Source: Bacteroidales bacterium (GTDB lineage: Bacteria; Bacteroidota; Bacteroidia; Bacteroidales; JAGOPY01). From it: a stretch of DNA of 64,000 nucleotides. The notes under the pieces were generated by a model. The model worked only from the letters and a program-made list of their open reading frames with translations. It had not been told where the DNA came from and did not search any database. Shown in pieces: positions 9,952 through 18,940 of this stretch (positions are counted from its first letter, which is position 1; each line of letters begins with the position of its first letter). Both the position numbers and the translations under genes were made by a program. The stretch lies in the NCBI GenBank assembly GCA_017991835.1, contig JAGOPY010000001.1, forward strand, positions 147,892 through 211,891. Reading direction: 5' to 3'.

Positions 9952-9985
9952 TTCAAAGTTCAAAATTCAAAATTCAAAGTTTATA
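9951..9985. repeat. tandem heptamers (GTTCAAA/ATTCAAA)x~5
   Basis: Overlaps the etfB stop and lies upstream of etfA. Confidence 0.8.
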
Positions 9986-10001
9986 ATTTAGAATTCTTAA
10001 T

Positions 10002-10973
10002 ATGTCAGTATTAGCTTTTACAGAGAATTGGGACGGTAAGTTCAAGAAGATCAGCTTTGAACTGATCTCATATGCACATCAGCTTGCACAAAAAATGGGG
10101 ACGCATGCGGTCGCGTTATCGATCGGCAGTGTTTCGGAAGATGAGCTGAATAAGCTGAAGCATTACGGCGCTTCAAAGATCATCAAAGTGGAAGACAGCC
10201 GGATCGACGGCCTGGTGAACAAGGCATATGCCGCCATCATCGCCCAGGTGGCCGAAAAGGAAGGGGCAAATGTTGTGGTGTTCTCACATAATTTTACCGG
10301 CAAGGCCCTTGCTCCGAGAGTGGCCGTGAAACTGAAAGCCGGCGTGGCATCCGGCGTGAATGCCGTTCCCGATTCTGTCGAACCGTTTGTAGTAAAAAAA
10401 GGGGTATTTACCGGGAAAGCTATCGGCCACATCACGATAAAATCGCCAATTAAAGTGCTGACACTTTTCCCCAACAGCGTGGAAACCCTCACGGCCGACG
10501 AGCCTGCAACGATCGAATCGTTCACTCCGCAGCTGACCGACGCTCATTTCGGAACCAAAGTAGTCGATGTAAAAAAAGTAACCGATCAGATCCTGCTGAC
10601 CGATGCCGACGTCGTTGTTTCAGGCGGCAGGGGAATGAAAGGCGCCGACAAATGGGGACCGCTGGAAGAGCTCGCAGGGCTGCTGGGAGCTGCATTGGCA
10701 TGCTCCAGGCCCGTCAGCGACGAAGGCTGGCGCTCGCATCATGAACATGTGGGCCAGACCGGCAAAGTCATCGGCCCCAACGTCTACATCGCCCTGGGCA
10801 TCTCGGGCGCTATCCAGCACCTGGGAGGCGTCAGCGCTGCCAAACACATCATCGCCATCAATACCGATAAAGACGCTCCCATCTTCGAAGCCGCCGAATA
10901 CGGCATGGTGGCCGATGTTCACCAGGTGCTGCCGCAGCTGGTGGAAGCAGTGAAAGAAGCGAAGAAACATTAA
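10002..10973 (+). CDS. etfA: electron transfer flavoprotein subunit alpha
   Basis: C-terminal FAD-binding region (VVSGGRG...GQTGKVIGPNVYIALGISGAIQHLGG...IIAINTDKDAPIF). Confidence 0.9.
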   Translation: MSVLAFTENWDGKFKKISFELISYAHQLAQKMGTHAVALSIGSVSEDELNKLKHYGASKIIKVEDSRIDGLVNKAYAAIIAQVAEKEGANVVVFSHNFTGKALAPRVAVKLKAGVASGVNAVPDSVEPFVVKKGVFTGKAIGHITIKSPIKVLTLFPNSVETLTADEPATIESFTPQLTDAHFGTKVVDVKKVTDQILLTDADVVVSGGRGMKGADKWGPLEELAGLLGAALACSRPVSDEGWRSHHEHVGQTGKVIGPNVYIALGISGAIQHLGGVSAAKHIIAINTDKDAPIFEAAEYGMVADVHQVLPQLVEAVKEAKKH

Positions 10974-11052
10974 GATATTTTGATATTTTGATATTGTGAT
11001 GTTGTGATATTGTGATGTTGTGATATTGTGATGTTGTGATGTTGTGATATTA
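10974..11052. repeat. tandem octamers (GATATTGT/GATGTTGT)
   Basis: Begins directly at the etfA stop codon. Confidence 0.85.
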
Positions 11053-11181
11053 TGGCATTATCATGTTTTGATTTTTTTTGTTTTGCTTTTGTGATTTATT
11101 GTTTGAAAGAGAGATACCGGGGGGATTCAACGGAGGACTATAACACAGAAGATAAAACACAAAACTTAGGATTTAAAACTT

Positions 11182-11904
11182 ATGCCGACTGTTGTTTCTC
11201 TCCATTCTGATATCCTCGATTTCTGCCGGGCCAATGCCGATGAGGCGCTGGTAAGAAAGTACTCCCGCTATTTCAAAGAAGGAGGGTATGACGCATATGG
11301 CGTGACTTATCCGTTGATGCAGGAGAAGGTGAAATCTGTCCTGGAAACGCCCGGGGTTGATCTGGGATTGATCATGGAACTCAGCCGGCTGCTTGTCCCC
11401 GGGACCAAATACGAAGAGCCTGCCATTGCCCTGATGCTGGTCAAAGCCATGAAGAAGCACTATACCGATGATACTTTCCGGGAGATCGTCCACTGGTTCG
11501 ATATCGGAATACGCAACTGGGCCCATACCGATGCGCTGTGTTCGGAGATCTTGTCGGTTTTCCTTCTGAAGAAGATCGTAGATTATAAAGAAATTGGAAA
11601 ATGGAAACAGGGGGAGAATAAATTTCAGCGGAGGGCGGTGCCGGTTGCATTGATCAAACTGATGAAAGAGACGAAGAGAGTTGAGGAATATGTTCGTTTT
11701 ATCGAGCCGCTGATGATGGATGCAGAGCGGGAGGTGCACCAGGGGGTTGGCTGGTTCCTGAGAGAGGCGTGGAAGATTGATCCTGAACCTGTTGAAGAAT
11801 TTTTACTGAAATACAAAAACACTGCCGCCCGCCTTATCTTTCAGTATGCTACGGAGAAAATGACGCCGGAGGGGAAGGCGAGGTTCAGGAGGGAGAAAAG
11901 GTAA
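11182..11904 (+). CDS. DNA alkylation repair protein (AlkD-like HEAT-repeat)
   Basis: About 240 aa. Pattern WAHTDALC ... FQRRAVPVALI ... VHQGVGWFLRE is typical of the DNA alkylation repair enzyme family. Confidence 0.7.
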   Translation: MPTVVSLHSDILDFCRANADEALVRKYSRYFKEGGYDAYGVTYPLMQEKVKSVLETPGVDLGLIMELSRLLVPGTKYEEPAIALMLVKAMKKHYTDDTFREIVHWFDIGIRNWAHTDALCSEILSVFLLKKIVDYKEIGKWKQGENKFQRRAVPVALIKLMKETKRVEEYVRFIEPLMMDAEREVHQGVGWFLREAWKIDPEPVEEFLLKYKNTAARLIFQYATEKMTPEGKARFRREKR

Positions 11905-11910
11905 TAGTCA

Positions 11911-14847
11911 TCAAATTTTATCCTCAAGGTCTTTGAAATTATCAAACCAATATTTACGGTAATCCTGAGGTACGGCGGCAATACCACCCTGTGCAGGCAT
12001 TAGAAACAGTTTTGCTGCAATCCGAAAACCATTGTAGGTAAACATCCTGGGATGACCTGAAAGTGGATCTTCATAAATCTGCCTGAATCCATCAATTTTT
12101 AATATTCCATCCGTATGGGCAGTCCCTTTTGGATCGATAAATAGTATCTGGTAATCAGATCCTTTTTTTAACCAGAATATAAAATCGGGTTTGAATCTTG
12201 AAATCCTGTTTTCCCTAAGGCTATAATAAGGAATATATACCTCATCAAGACTTTGATCCAGCTTTGAAAACATCCACCAATCAAATCTTTTAAATAAAAT
12301 GCCGCTATTTTTCAGGTAATCGCTTAATAATTCAAGGAATTTTACTTCACTGGGAACTGTTATAATGTGATTTAAGTAATCCAGCTTTTCCCTCTCCGAA
12401 ATAATCAACGGAATATAATAGTGATTCGGAATATACTTAATGTGCAGTTCCTCAAATGTAGCCTCCTCCAGAAAATCTAATTCAAGCTGCCTGATTTTTT
12501 GCTTATAGATGTCCCGATCCTGTGTTTCATCAAATTCTTTGTCTATGTCTTTTTCTTGTTCGGCTTTGTGTTCATAATTCTTGACCTGTTTGATCTTCTC
12601 CAGGATTGAATCATATCTGACGCCATCATCGAACCTGATCTTTTTAAAATGAACGATCTCCTCCTCCAGCTCTTTAAACCGCTCCAGTTCCTTATTTCGA
12701 ATGCCCAGGTAATCGAAAATTCGTTTTAGAATCAGAACAGGATCAGAAATTGACCGTGACTCGCTAAAATCAAAGTATTGATCCTGATCGTCAAAACATT
12801 TCGCAACTTTCTCCAGGATCTTCAGATTGGTTTCAAACTTAACCAGAGTTACCTTATTTCCAAGATATTCATAAAGCGTCCTTCCGAGGGCAAAGTCACT
12901 TTTACTGATCCGAAACTTCTGAACAGTATTCTCCTCAGCGTAGTTTTTTTCCGAATCTTTATAAACAGGGATCAATAATTGCTTTTCTTCCCTGGCTTTA
13001 TTGACCTGAAATTCCTGACCGATGTCACGGCCTGTTCTTTGTTCTCTAAGCGTCTGAATTATTTGCTTCAGGTTTGCAGCATTGGTTCCAAACACGTACA
13101 GGCTCTCAACCGGCAATATGCTAGTTTTCAAATCCTGGAAAAGCCTTGCCGGTACCTCGTTTCCGGAAACAAGATTTTGGAGTCTTTTTCGCTTGTTCTT
13201 CAAAGGCTCGATCCTTACTCCCCGGCCCACTGATTGCAAAACGAACTTTTTTGCATCTTTGCCCATACCAATATTGACAAAAAGAACGATATTCGGCCTG
13301 TTTGAGTCCCATCCTTCATAGAACGATCTGGAACCCATCAACAAATTGATTTCCGAGTCATCCTGGTTAAGCTTTTTAAAAATACTTTCATTTTCAAAGC
13401 TTTCGTTGATTTCGTATCCTTCAAGCTTGTCTTTCAGCCAGCCCGAAATATCCCCGATTTTAATGAGTCCGAAGGGTTTATCCGATGACTGAAGCTTGAA
13501 AATGATCTCATTTCTGTTACCGGGAATTTTTAAAACCTCAATCCTACCCGGAAATGACGAATTGTAAATATTCTCGGTAATATCCTGGTATTGAATCTCC
13601 CTTAAGAGCTCCTTGTTAATATTAAGATTCAGCTGTTCGAATTCATAAGAGGGATTATCTTCAATTTCCTTGATTAACTCCTCTCTGGCTGTGTTAAAAA
13701 AATCTTCAGGAATTTCATTAGCAGCGATTTTCTCAATTTCCGAAAAGAACAATTGCAAATCCGATTCTTCCGTATCGACTGAATTGACTAATGTCAACAA
13801 CAATGGCCTGTGATACAGCGATTGATGATACTGCCTGATCTTCCTGAAATATTTATTGATGTAGGTTAGCAGGATTAAGGTTTTGAGGACAATCTTCTGT
13901 TTTTCAATGAGCGAATAATCGTCCTTATCGCGGAATGCTGTAACCTTGGAACCGGAAATATAAATATGTTTCCCATAGCCCTCTTCGATAAATCTCGAAA
14001 GATTGAAATTAAAAACACATGTTGCATAATCTCGTGGATCCGTGAATGTTGCCGAAAAGTTGAATAAAAATCCGTTCCGTGTTAAGATGGTATAAAGTAT
14101 CTGCCTTTTACTGTCCTCTTTATCTCCTTTGTGGGCTTCATCCAGGATGATATACCACTTGCCTTCGTTTTGGTAATTCTTATAACTGATGATCTTCTCC
14201 TTCTGCTCATCCGAGATCAGGTCGGAGCGGTAATAAAATACAGTGATTTCATTTTTACCAAAAGATAAAACATTTTCATGCTTAACCTGGTCGTACTCCT
14301 TAAGGCTTTTCAGGTTGATTTTGCTATCGGAATTGAATGCATTGAACTGCTCGACATGGTTTTTAAACTGGTCGATCAGGTCATCCCGGTGGGCAAGAAA
14401 TAAAATATCCCTGGCCGGTATTTCATTGTTCTGCAATAATTTACGAAGTAAATCTATGAGCTTGACAATGACCAGCGTCTTTCCTGAACCAGTGGCCATC
14501 CAGTAGCTCATCCGGTTAATGAAGTATGCAAATGAGATTTTCCTGTTTTGTACCGGATAATCTTTCTCATATTCCATCAGAAATTTTGCTGTTTTTCTTT
14601 CCTCTTTGCCTTCCAGGTTAAAATCAAGATTCTCTTCAATATCAAAGTAGCCGTAGAATTTATCTTTTTCCCCGTTTTCATCTTTATAAAAACGATGAAG
14701 CGCTTTCAGCGTATTTTTCAAAGCGTCTTGCTGAAAGTTGAAAAGGGTCTTATCTTCCGAGAACCGGCCAAAATCAAAGTCCTGCCATACCTCAGGAAGG
14801 TTATCAAACGAAATATTATCGGCTATGGATTGGAGGTAAAGTTTCAT
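11911..14847 (-). CDS. res: type III restriction enzyme Res-like subunit (SF2 helicase + PD-(D/E)xK nuclease)
   Basis: Helicase motif I MATGSGKT, motif II ILDEAHKG, motif III SATF, motif VI QSVGRGVRI. C-terminal candidate nuclease motif FKPDF...FIDPKG. 978 aa, similar in size to EcoP15I Res. Overlaps the upstream gene by 4 nt (ATGA). Confidence 0.8.
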   Translation of the reverse strand: MKLYLQSIADNISFDNLPEVWQDFDFGRFSEDKTLFNFQQDALKNTLKALHRFYKDENGEKDKFYGYFDIEENLDFNLEGKEERKTAKFLMEYEKDYPVQNRKISFAYFINRMSYWMATGSGKTLVIVKLIDLLRKLLQNNEIPARDILFLAHRDDLIDQFKNHVEQFNAFNSDSKINLKSLKEYDQVKHENVLSFGKNEITVFYYRSDLISDEQKEKIISYKNYQNEGKWYIILDEAHKGDKEDSKRQILYTILTRNGFLFNFSATFTDPRDYATCVFNFNLSRFIEEGYGKHIYISGSKVTAFRDKDDYSLIEKQKIVLKTLILLTYINKYFRKIRQYHQSLYHRPLLLTLVNSVDTEESDLQLFFSEIEKIAANEIPEDFFNTAREELIKEIEDNPSYEFEQLNLNINKELLREIQYQDITENIYNSSFPGRIEVLKIPGNRNEIIFKLQSSDKPFGLIKIGDISGWLKDKLEGYEINESFENESIFKKLNQDDSEINLLMGSRSFYEGWDSNRPNIVLFVNIGMGKDAKKFVLQSVGRGVRIEPLKNKRKRLQNLVSGNEVPARLFQDLKTSILPVESLYVFGTNAANLKQIIQTLREQRTGRDIGQEFQVNKAREEKQLLIPVYKDSEKNYAEENTVQKFRISKSDFALGRTLYEYLGNKVTLVKFETNLKILEKVAKCFDDQDQYFDFSESRSISDPVLILKRIFDYLGIRNKELERFKELEEEIVHFKKIRFDDGVRYDSILEKIKQVKNYEHKAEQEKDIDKEFDETQDRDIYKQKIRQLELDFLEEATFEELHIKYIPNHYYIPLIISEREKLDYLNHIITVPSEVKFLELLSDYLKNSGILFKRFDWWMFSKLDQSLDEVYIPYYSLRENRISRFKPDFIFWLKKGSDYQILFIDPKGTAHTDGILKIDGFRQIYEDPLSGHPRMFTYNGFRIAAKLFLMPAQGGIAAVPQDYRKYWFDNFKDLEDKI

Positions 14848-15677
14848 GATTTATCCCGCAATTTTTTTTTACTCTCAGGTGATTTCAGGTAGTTTTCCCT
14901 GGAAGATATTTTCCTGCCAAGGCGTTTTTCAAGCTTCCGTTTTGCATCGCCGGCAATATTGCCCCCATCCCGCGCATCTTTCTTTAACTTTGGCATCCCC
15001 TGGGAGTCTTCATTTCTGGTAATTTCAGTGGTTGCGCGTTCGCCCAACATGGTAAATATCAGTTCAAAATCATTCATGTGATCCCTCAGGTTCTCCCGCT
15101 TCAGGCCTTTGAAGTTTTTATATTCCGAAGGAGTCATTCCGAAGGTAGCTTTTGAGATTTCTGCAGTTAAAATCTCATAATCCTTTTTTTCTTCAGCGCC
15201 GCGTTTCTGCCATTCATCCGTGAGTTCTTCCCGGATGGCAATTCCCCTTATACGCTTTTCAATCCAGTCGTCGCTGTAGCCTTTCAGTTTGTATAGTATC
15301 CGCGTTCTTTTGGTAGCCAGCTCGGGATTTTCGATCTCTTTGACCCGTTCGAAACCGGTTCTGGCTAACCAGCGTTTGAATGGCTCTGCTTTCGGCGATG
15401 GAATGGATTGGATGATCCTGAATATGCCTTCGGTGTCTGCACAGTCCGTTTCACGGAGCTTTCCGTCGGGAGCAGGCAATTTCAACCCGTGACAGTTTGT
15501 CACGACTTCACTTCCTTCTTCTTTCAGTCGCTGTTTCAGTTTTCGCCAGTATGCGCCGGGATCGACACTTTCTGTCAAGACTCCGCAAACATCCACTACT
15601 GAGAACCACCATTCATCCTCATGCAGAATCTTACGAACCTGCTTTCCCTTAAATAATGCAATCTTCGTCGGTTCCAT
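14844..15677 (-). CDS. Bro-N domain / DinD-like protein embedded between mod and res
   Basis: N-terminus FKGKQVRKILHEDEWWFSVVDVCGVLT...KAEPFKRWLA fits the Bro-N pattern. C-terminal KGLKRENLRDHMNDFELIF... resembles the E. coli DinD C-terminal region as I recall it. Starts 1 nt after the mod stop, and its stop overlaps the res start. Confidence 0.65.
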   Translation of the reverse strand: MEPTKIALFKGKQVRKILHEDEWWFSVVDVCGVLTESVDPGAYWRKLKQRLKEEGSEVVTNCHGLKLPAPDGKLRETDCADTEGIFRIIQSIPSPKAEPFKRWLARTGFERVKEIENPELATKRTRILYKLKGYSDDWIEKRIRGIAIREELTDEWQKRGAEEKKDYEILTAEISKATFGMTPSEYKNFKGLKRENLRDHMNDFELIFTMLGERATTEITRNEDSQGMPKLKKDARDGGNIAGDAKRKLEKRLGRKISSRENYLKSPESKKKLRDKS

Positions 15678-15678
15678 C

Positions 15679-18081
15679 TTATTCCCACCAGATTAAAGGT
15701 TTGACCAGCCGGTAATCCAGCTCTTTCGTATTGATCCTGCTTCCATCGGCAAATTCCACTTCGTTTTCCCGGATGGCTTTTATCCATTTGCCGGTAAGAT
15801 TCGATAATGTCTCCGCTACATCAATGCCCGGGTAAAGCTTTTCGAGGTCAATACTTACTTTATTTTGCTCATAATCAATCTCTAATGCCTTCAGCATCTT
15901 TTCATCTTTCAGGAAAACATACTGGCTGTATGCCTTTTCATCATTTTGATTAAACAAATCCGAGTCGTTGTAAATACACTTGTTTAAGGCCTCTTCGTAT
16001 TGCTCGAGCTCGTAGTATTTGAAGAAACCGCCGCCTGCAAATCCATTTTCTTTTGCAACAACAGTATTTCTACCATTATATAAATCCCCCTTTAATCTCG
16101 GTATTATCTCAACATAAAAATGTTCTGCTAGCTCAATTCCAATGAACTTTCTCTTTTCAATTTTCAACGATGTACAGACTGTTGTTCCACTACCAGCATA
16201 AAAATCCAAAATAATCCCTCCAGCATTCGAAGATGACTTAATTATTCTTTCTAATAATTTTTCTGGCTTTTGTGTATCAAAATTAACTCGCTCATTAGAT
16301 GTAGGTTGTTGTTGAAATGATTTAATGTCATTCCAAACTTCAACAAAAGGTGCATTTTCATCAACTGTTTGAGTTAACTCTCTCCATACTTCTGGAAATG
16401 GTCTTTGAATATCAATCAGATCACTAAGCATATTCCACACATCACCATATGGTTTCTGTTTTTCAAGTATGTCTTTTTTATAGATTCTTCTACCATGAGC
16501 CACTTGGAATAATTCACCTCTTTCATCTTTTTGTTTGAAGCTTTCAAGATACTTAAGTGTATGAGGTTGAATTACTTTATTAAAAATGCTTCTCTCAGCT
16601 TTTGAATAAAAAAGTATATTTTGGTGGCCTAGAATCCAATTATAAATAGCTCCTTTAACTTTATATCCTGAAAGGACCTGAATATCCCAAATTAATTCCC
16701 TTTTAAAACATTCTTTACCAAAAACATGGTTAGTTATTAGACGTCCCAGATAATTAGCATTCTCATCAAGATGAATGTAAAGGTTTCCATTCGATTTTAA
16801 CAAGCTATTTGAAAGACTAAGCCTGTCATTTAAAATAGACAACCATGTGCTATCTTGATAATTATCAATATAATCAAAATCATCTCCTGTATTAAATGGA
16901 GGATCTATATAAACTAAATCAATCTTGCTTTTGAATTTCAGTCGAATGGTAATCAGCGCCTGGTAGTTTTCGCTTTTGATAAGCCAGCCGTCGAGTTGCC
17001 GGTCGAGGTTGTCGAATAATGCCAGGATCTCAAGCTCAAGGCTTTTAAAATATTTCGTATCGAAAGGCAGGTGTTCAAATTTCTTGTCCCCCTGTATATC
17101 AGCGGTTTTGAATTGTTCATCCACAATACCTAATTCCTGCCATTCCTTAATTTGTTCCTTTATTCCCGGATGTTCCAGCAGTTTTTTAACCAGGCCGGCA
17201 TCGGTTATTTTATCAAGGGTAATAACGTAATTGCTGTTTTTAACGAATTTGGGCTTGTTCCATATCTTCACCAGTTCATCTTCAAACTGGGCAATGAAAT
17301 CAATGATCCTGAACGCGATGCTTTTCAGGACCTGAAGCTGGTTAACCCGTTCGCCCGACCATTCTTTCGCGCCATCCCAGAAATACTGGAAGCTCCAGAG
17401 CTTGAACTGCTCCTGCAGGAATGCCCGGGCATTCTTATTGATAAAGAAATCCACCTCGCTTTGCTTCTCAAATACCCTGAAAGCCCGTTCAAGCTGTTCT
17501 TCGGTAATCGCAATATTTTTCTTTTTCAGGTCTTTTAAAATATCTGCAGTTTTCGTAACTGTCCCTTTTTCAGAGTATTTCGTGATAAATAATATTGTTC
17601 CGTCTTCCCTTACATTCTTTAATTCAAAGATGACGGTCCTCTTTTCATTCGCTTTCTTGTTTTCAATTGTTCCGGCATCGAAATAAAACTTCAGTTCCTC
17701 GAATTCGACCGGCATACTCTTAAAAATCCGGTCCGTCTTTACATAATAGAGCATCTGGGTTTTCCAGAACAGGATCACGTCTTTCTCATCGGTGTAAACT
17801 TTTTCGTAGATATTATTGTGGAAAGGCGTGGAATTGAAATAGATAGAGCCACTTTGGGTAAAATAGCGGCTGAAAAAAGAAAATAATTTATCGAAAAGCT
17901 CATCACGAAAATGAGGGTATTGTTCTAAAGCATGGTCAATATCAGCCTGGAGCACCTTTTCAATCTGTGCATAATAACCGGATTTAATGCGCATCAGGTT
18001 AATAAATCCACCCTTACCCTCAATTTTAGCTCCTATAAAAACGTCCTGAAGCGCTTTGTAAAACTTATTTTCTTTACTCAT
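15679..18081 (-). CDS. mod: type III-like DNA methyltransferase Mod (beta-class N6A/N4C) with long N-terminal extension
   Basis: Motif IV LVYIDPPFNTGDDF precedes motif I ILDFYAGSGTT (order IV then I = beta class), with an intervening region of about 245 aa. About 390 aa lie upstream of motif IV. Confidence 0.8.
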   Translation of the reverse strand: MSKENKFYKALQDVFIGAKIEGKGGFINLMRIKSGYYAQIEKVLQADIDHALEQYPHFRDELFDKLFSFFSRYFTQSGSIYFNSTPFHNNIYEKVYTDEKDVILFWKTQMLYYVKTDRIFKSMPVEFEELKFYFDAGTIENKKANEKRTVIFELKNVREDGTILFITKYSEKGTVTKTADILKDLKKKNIAITEEQLERAFRVFEKQSEVDFFINKNARAFLQEQFKLWSFQYFWDGAKEWSGERVNQLQVLKSIAFRIIDFIAQFEDELVKIWNKPKFVKNSNYVITLDKITDAGLVKKLLEHPGIKEQIKEWQELGIVDEQFKTADIQGDKKFEHLPFDTKYFKSLELEILALFDNLDRQLDGWLIKSENYQALITIRLKFKSKIDLVYIDPPFNTGDDFDYIDNYQDSTWLSILNDRLSLSNSLLKSNGNLYIHLDENANYLGRLITNHVFGKECFKRELIWDIQVLSGYKVKGAIYNWILGHQNILFYSKAERSIFNKVIQPHTLKYLESFKQKDERGELFQVAHGRRIYKKDILEKQKPYGDVWNMLSDLIDIQRPFPEVWRELTQTVDENAPFVEVWNDIKSFQQQPTSNERVNFDTQKPEKLLERIIKSSSNAGGIILDFYAGSGTTVCTSLKIEKRKFIGIELAEHFYVEIIPRLKGDLYNGRNTVVAKENGFAGGGFFKYYELEQYEEALNKCIYNDSDLFNQNDEKAYSQYVFLKDEKMLKALEIDYEQNKVSIDLEKLYPGIDVAETLSNLTGKWIKAIRENEVEFADGSRINTKELDYRLVKPLIWWE

Positions 18082-18260
18082 AAATAATTGAATATAAATG
18101 CTATGAAAAGAATATGTTATAGACTAAATTCCCTTCAAATATAATCCAAATCTGTGATTACTCCGGGAAATCTGTGGTGAAAATCCTTTTCCATTACAAA
18201 TAACAAATTAGCCTTCTAATCCATCATTTTACATAATTTTACACTCTTGATTGAAATCTT

Positions 18261-18791
<531 letters not shown>

Positions 18792-18804
18792 ATAACATTC
18801 TTTT

Positions 18805-18856
18805 AACCACATAGGCAGATAGAACACATAGGATACACAATAGATTCTATGTGGTT
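18805..18856. repeat. CACATAG-word hairpin
   Basis: AACCACATAG (18805-18814) pairs with CTATGTGGTT (18847-18856). The loop contains further ACACATAGG/ACACAATAG words. Confidence 0.7.
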
Positions 18857-18940
18857 ACTGTTTTGCCCTTTCCCGAAAAATCGGGACAAGTTGTGTTTAT
18901 TTTATTAATATTTATTATGATAAAATATAAAATCTGAAAG

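Noticed and set aside
9052-9963. Long antisense ORFs in the track: 9052..9963, 26195..26851, 27565..28569, 33142..34383, 40369..41289, 47423..47977, 48834..50156, 50918..51628, 52122..52856, 54785..55768, 58634..59563, 59698..60378 and 62742..63572.
   Set aside because: Each lies fully opposite a gene with strong family motifs. Each has Arg/Gly/Pro-rich low-complexity composition typical of shadow frames in GC-richer genes, and none shows a recognisable motif.
14844-15677. The Bro-N domain gene as evidence of a prophage.
   Set aside because: No capsid, terminase, integrase or other phage genes are nearby. The gene is translationally coupled inside the mod-res operon.
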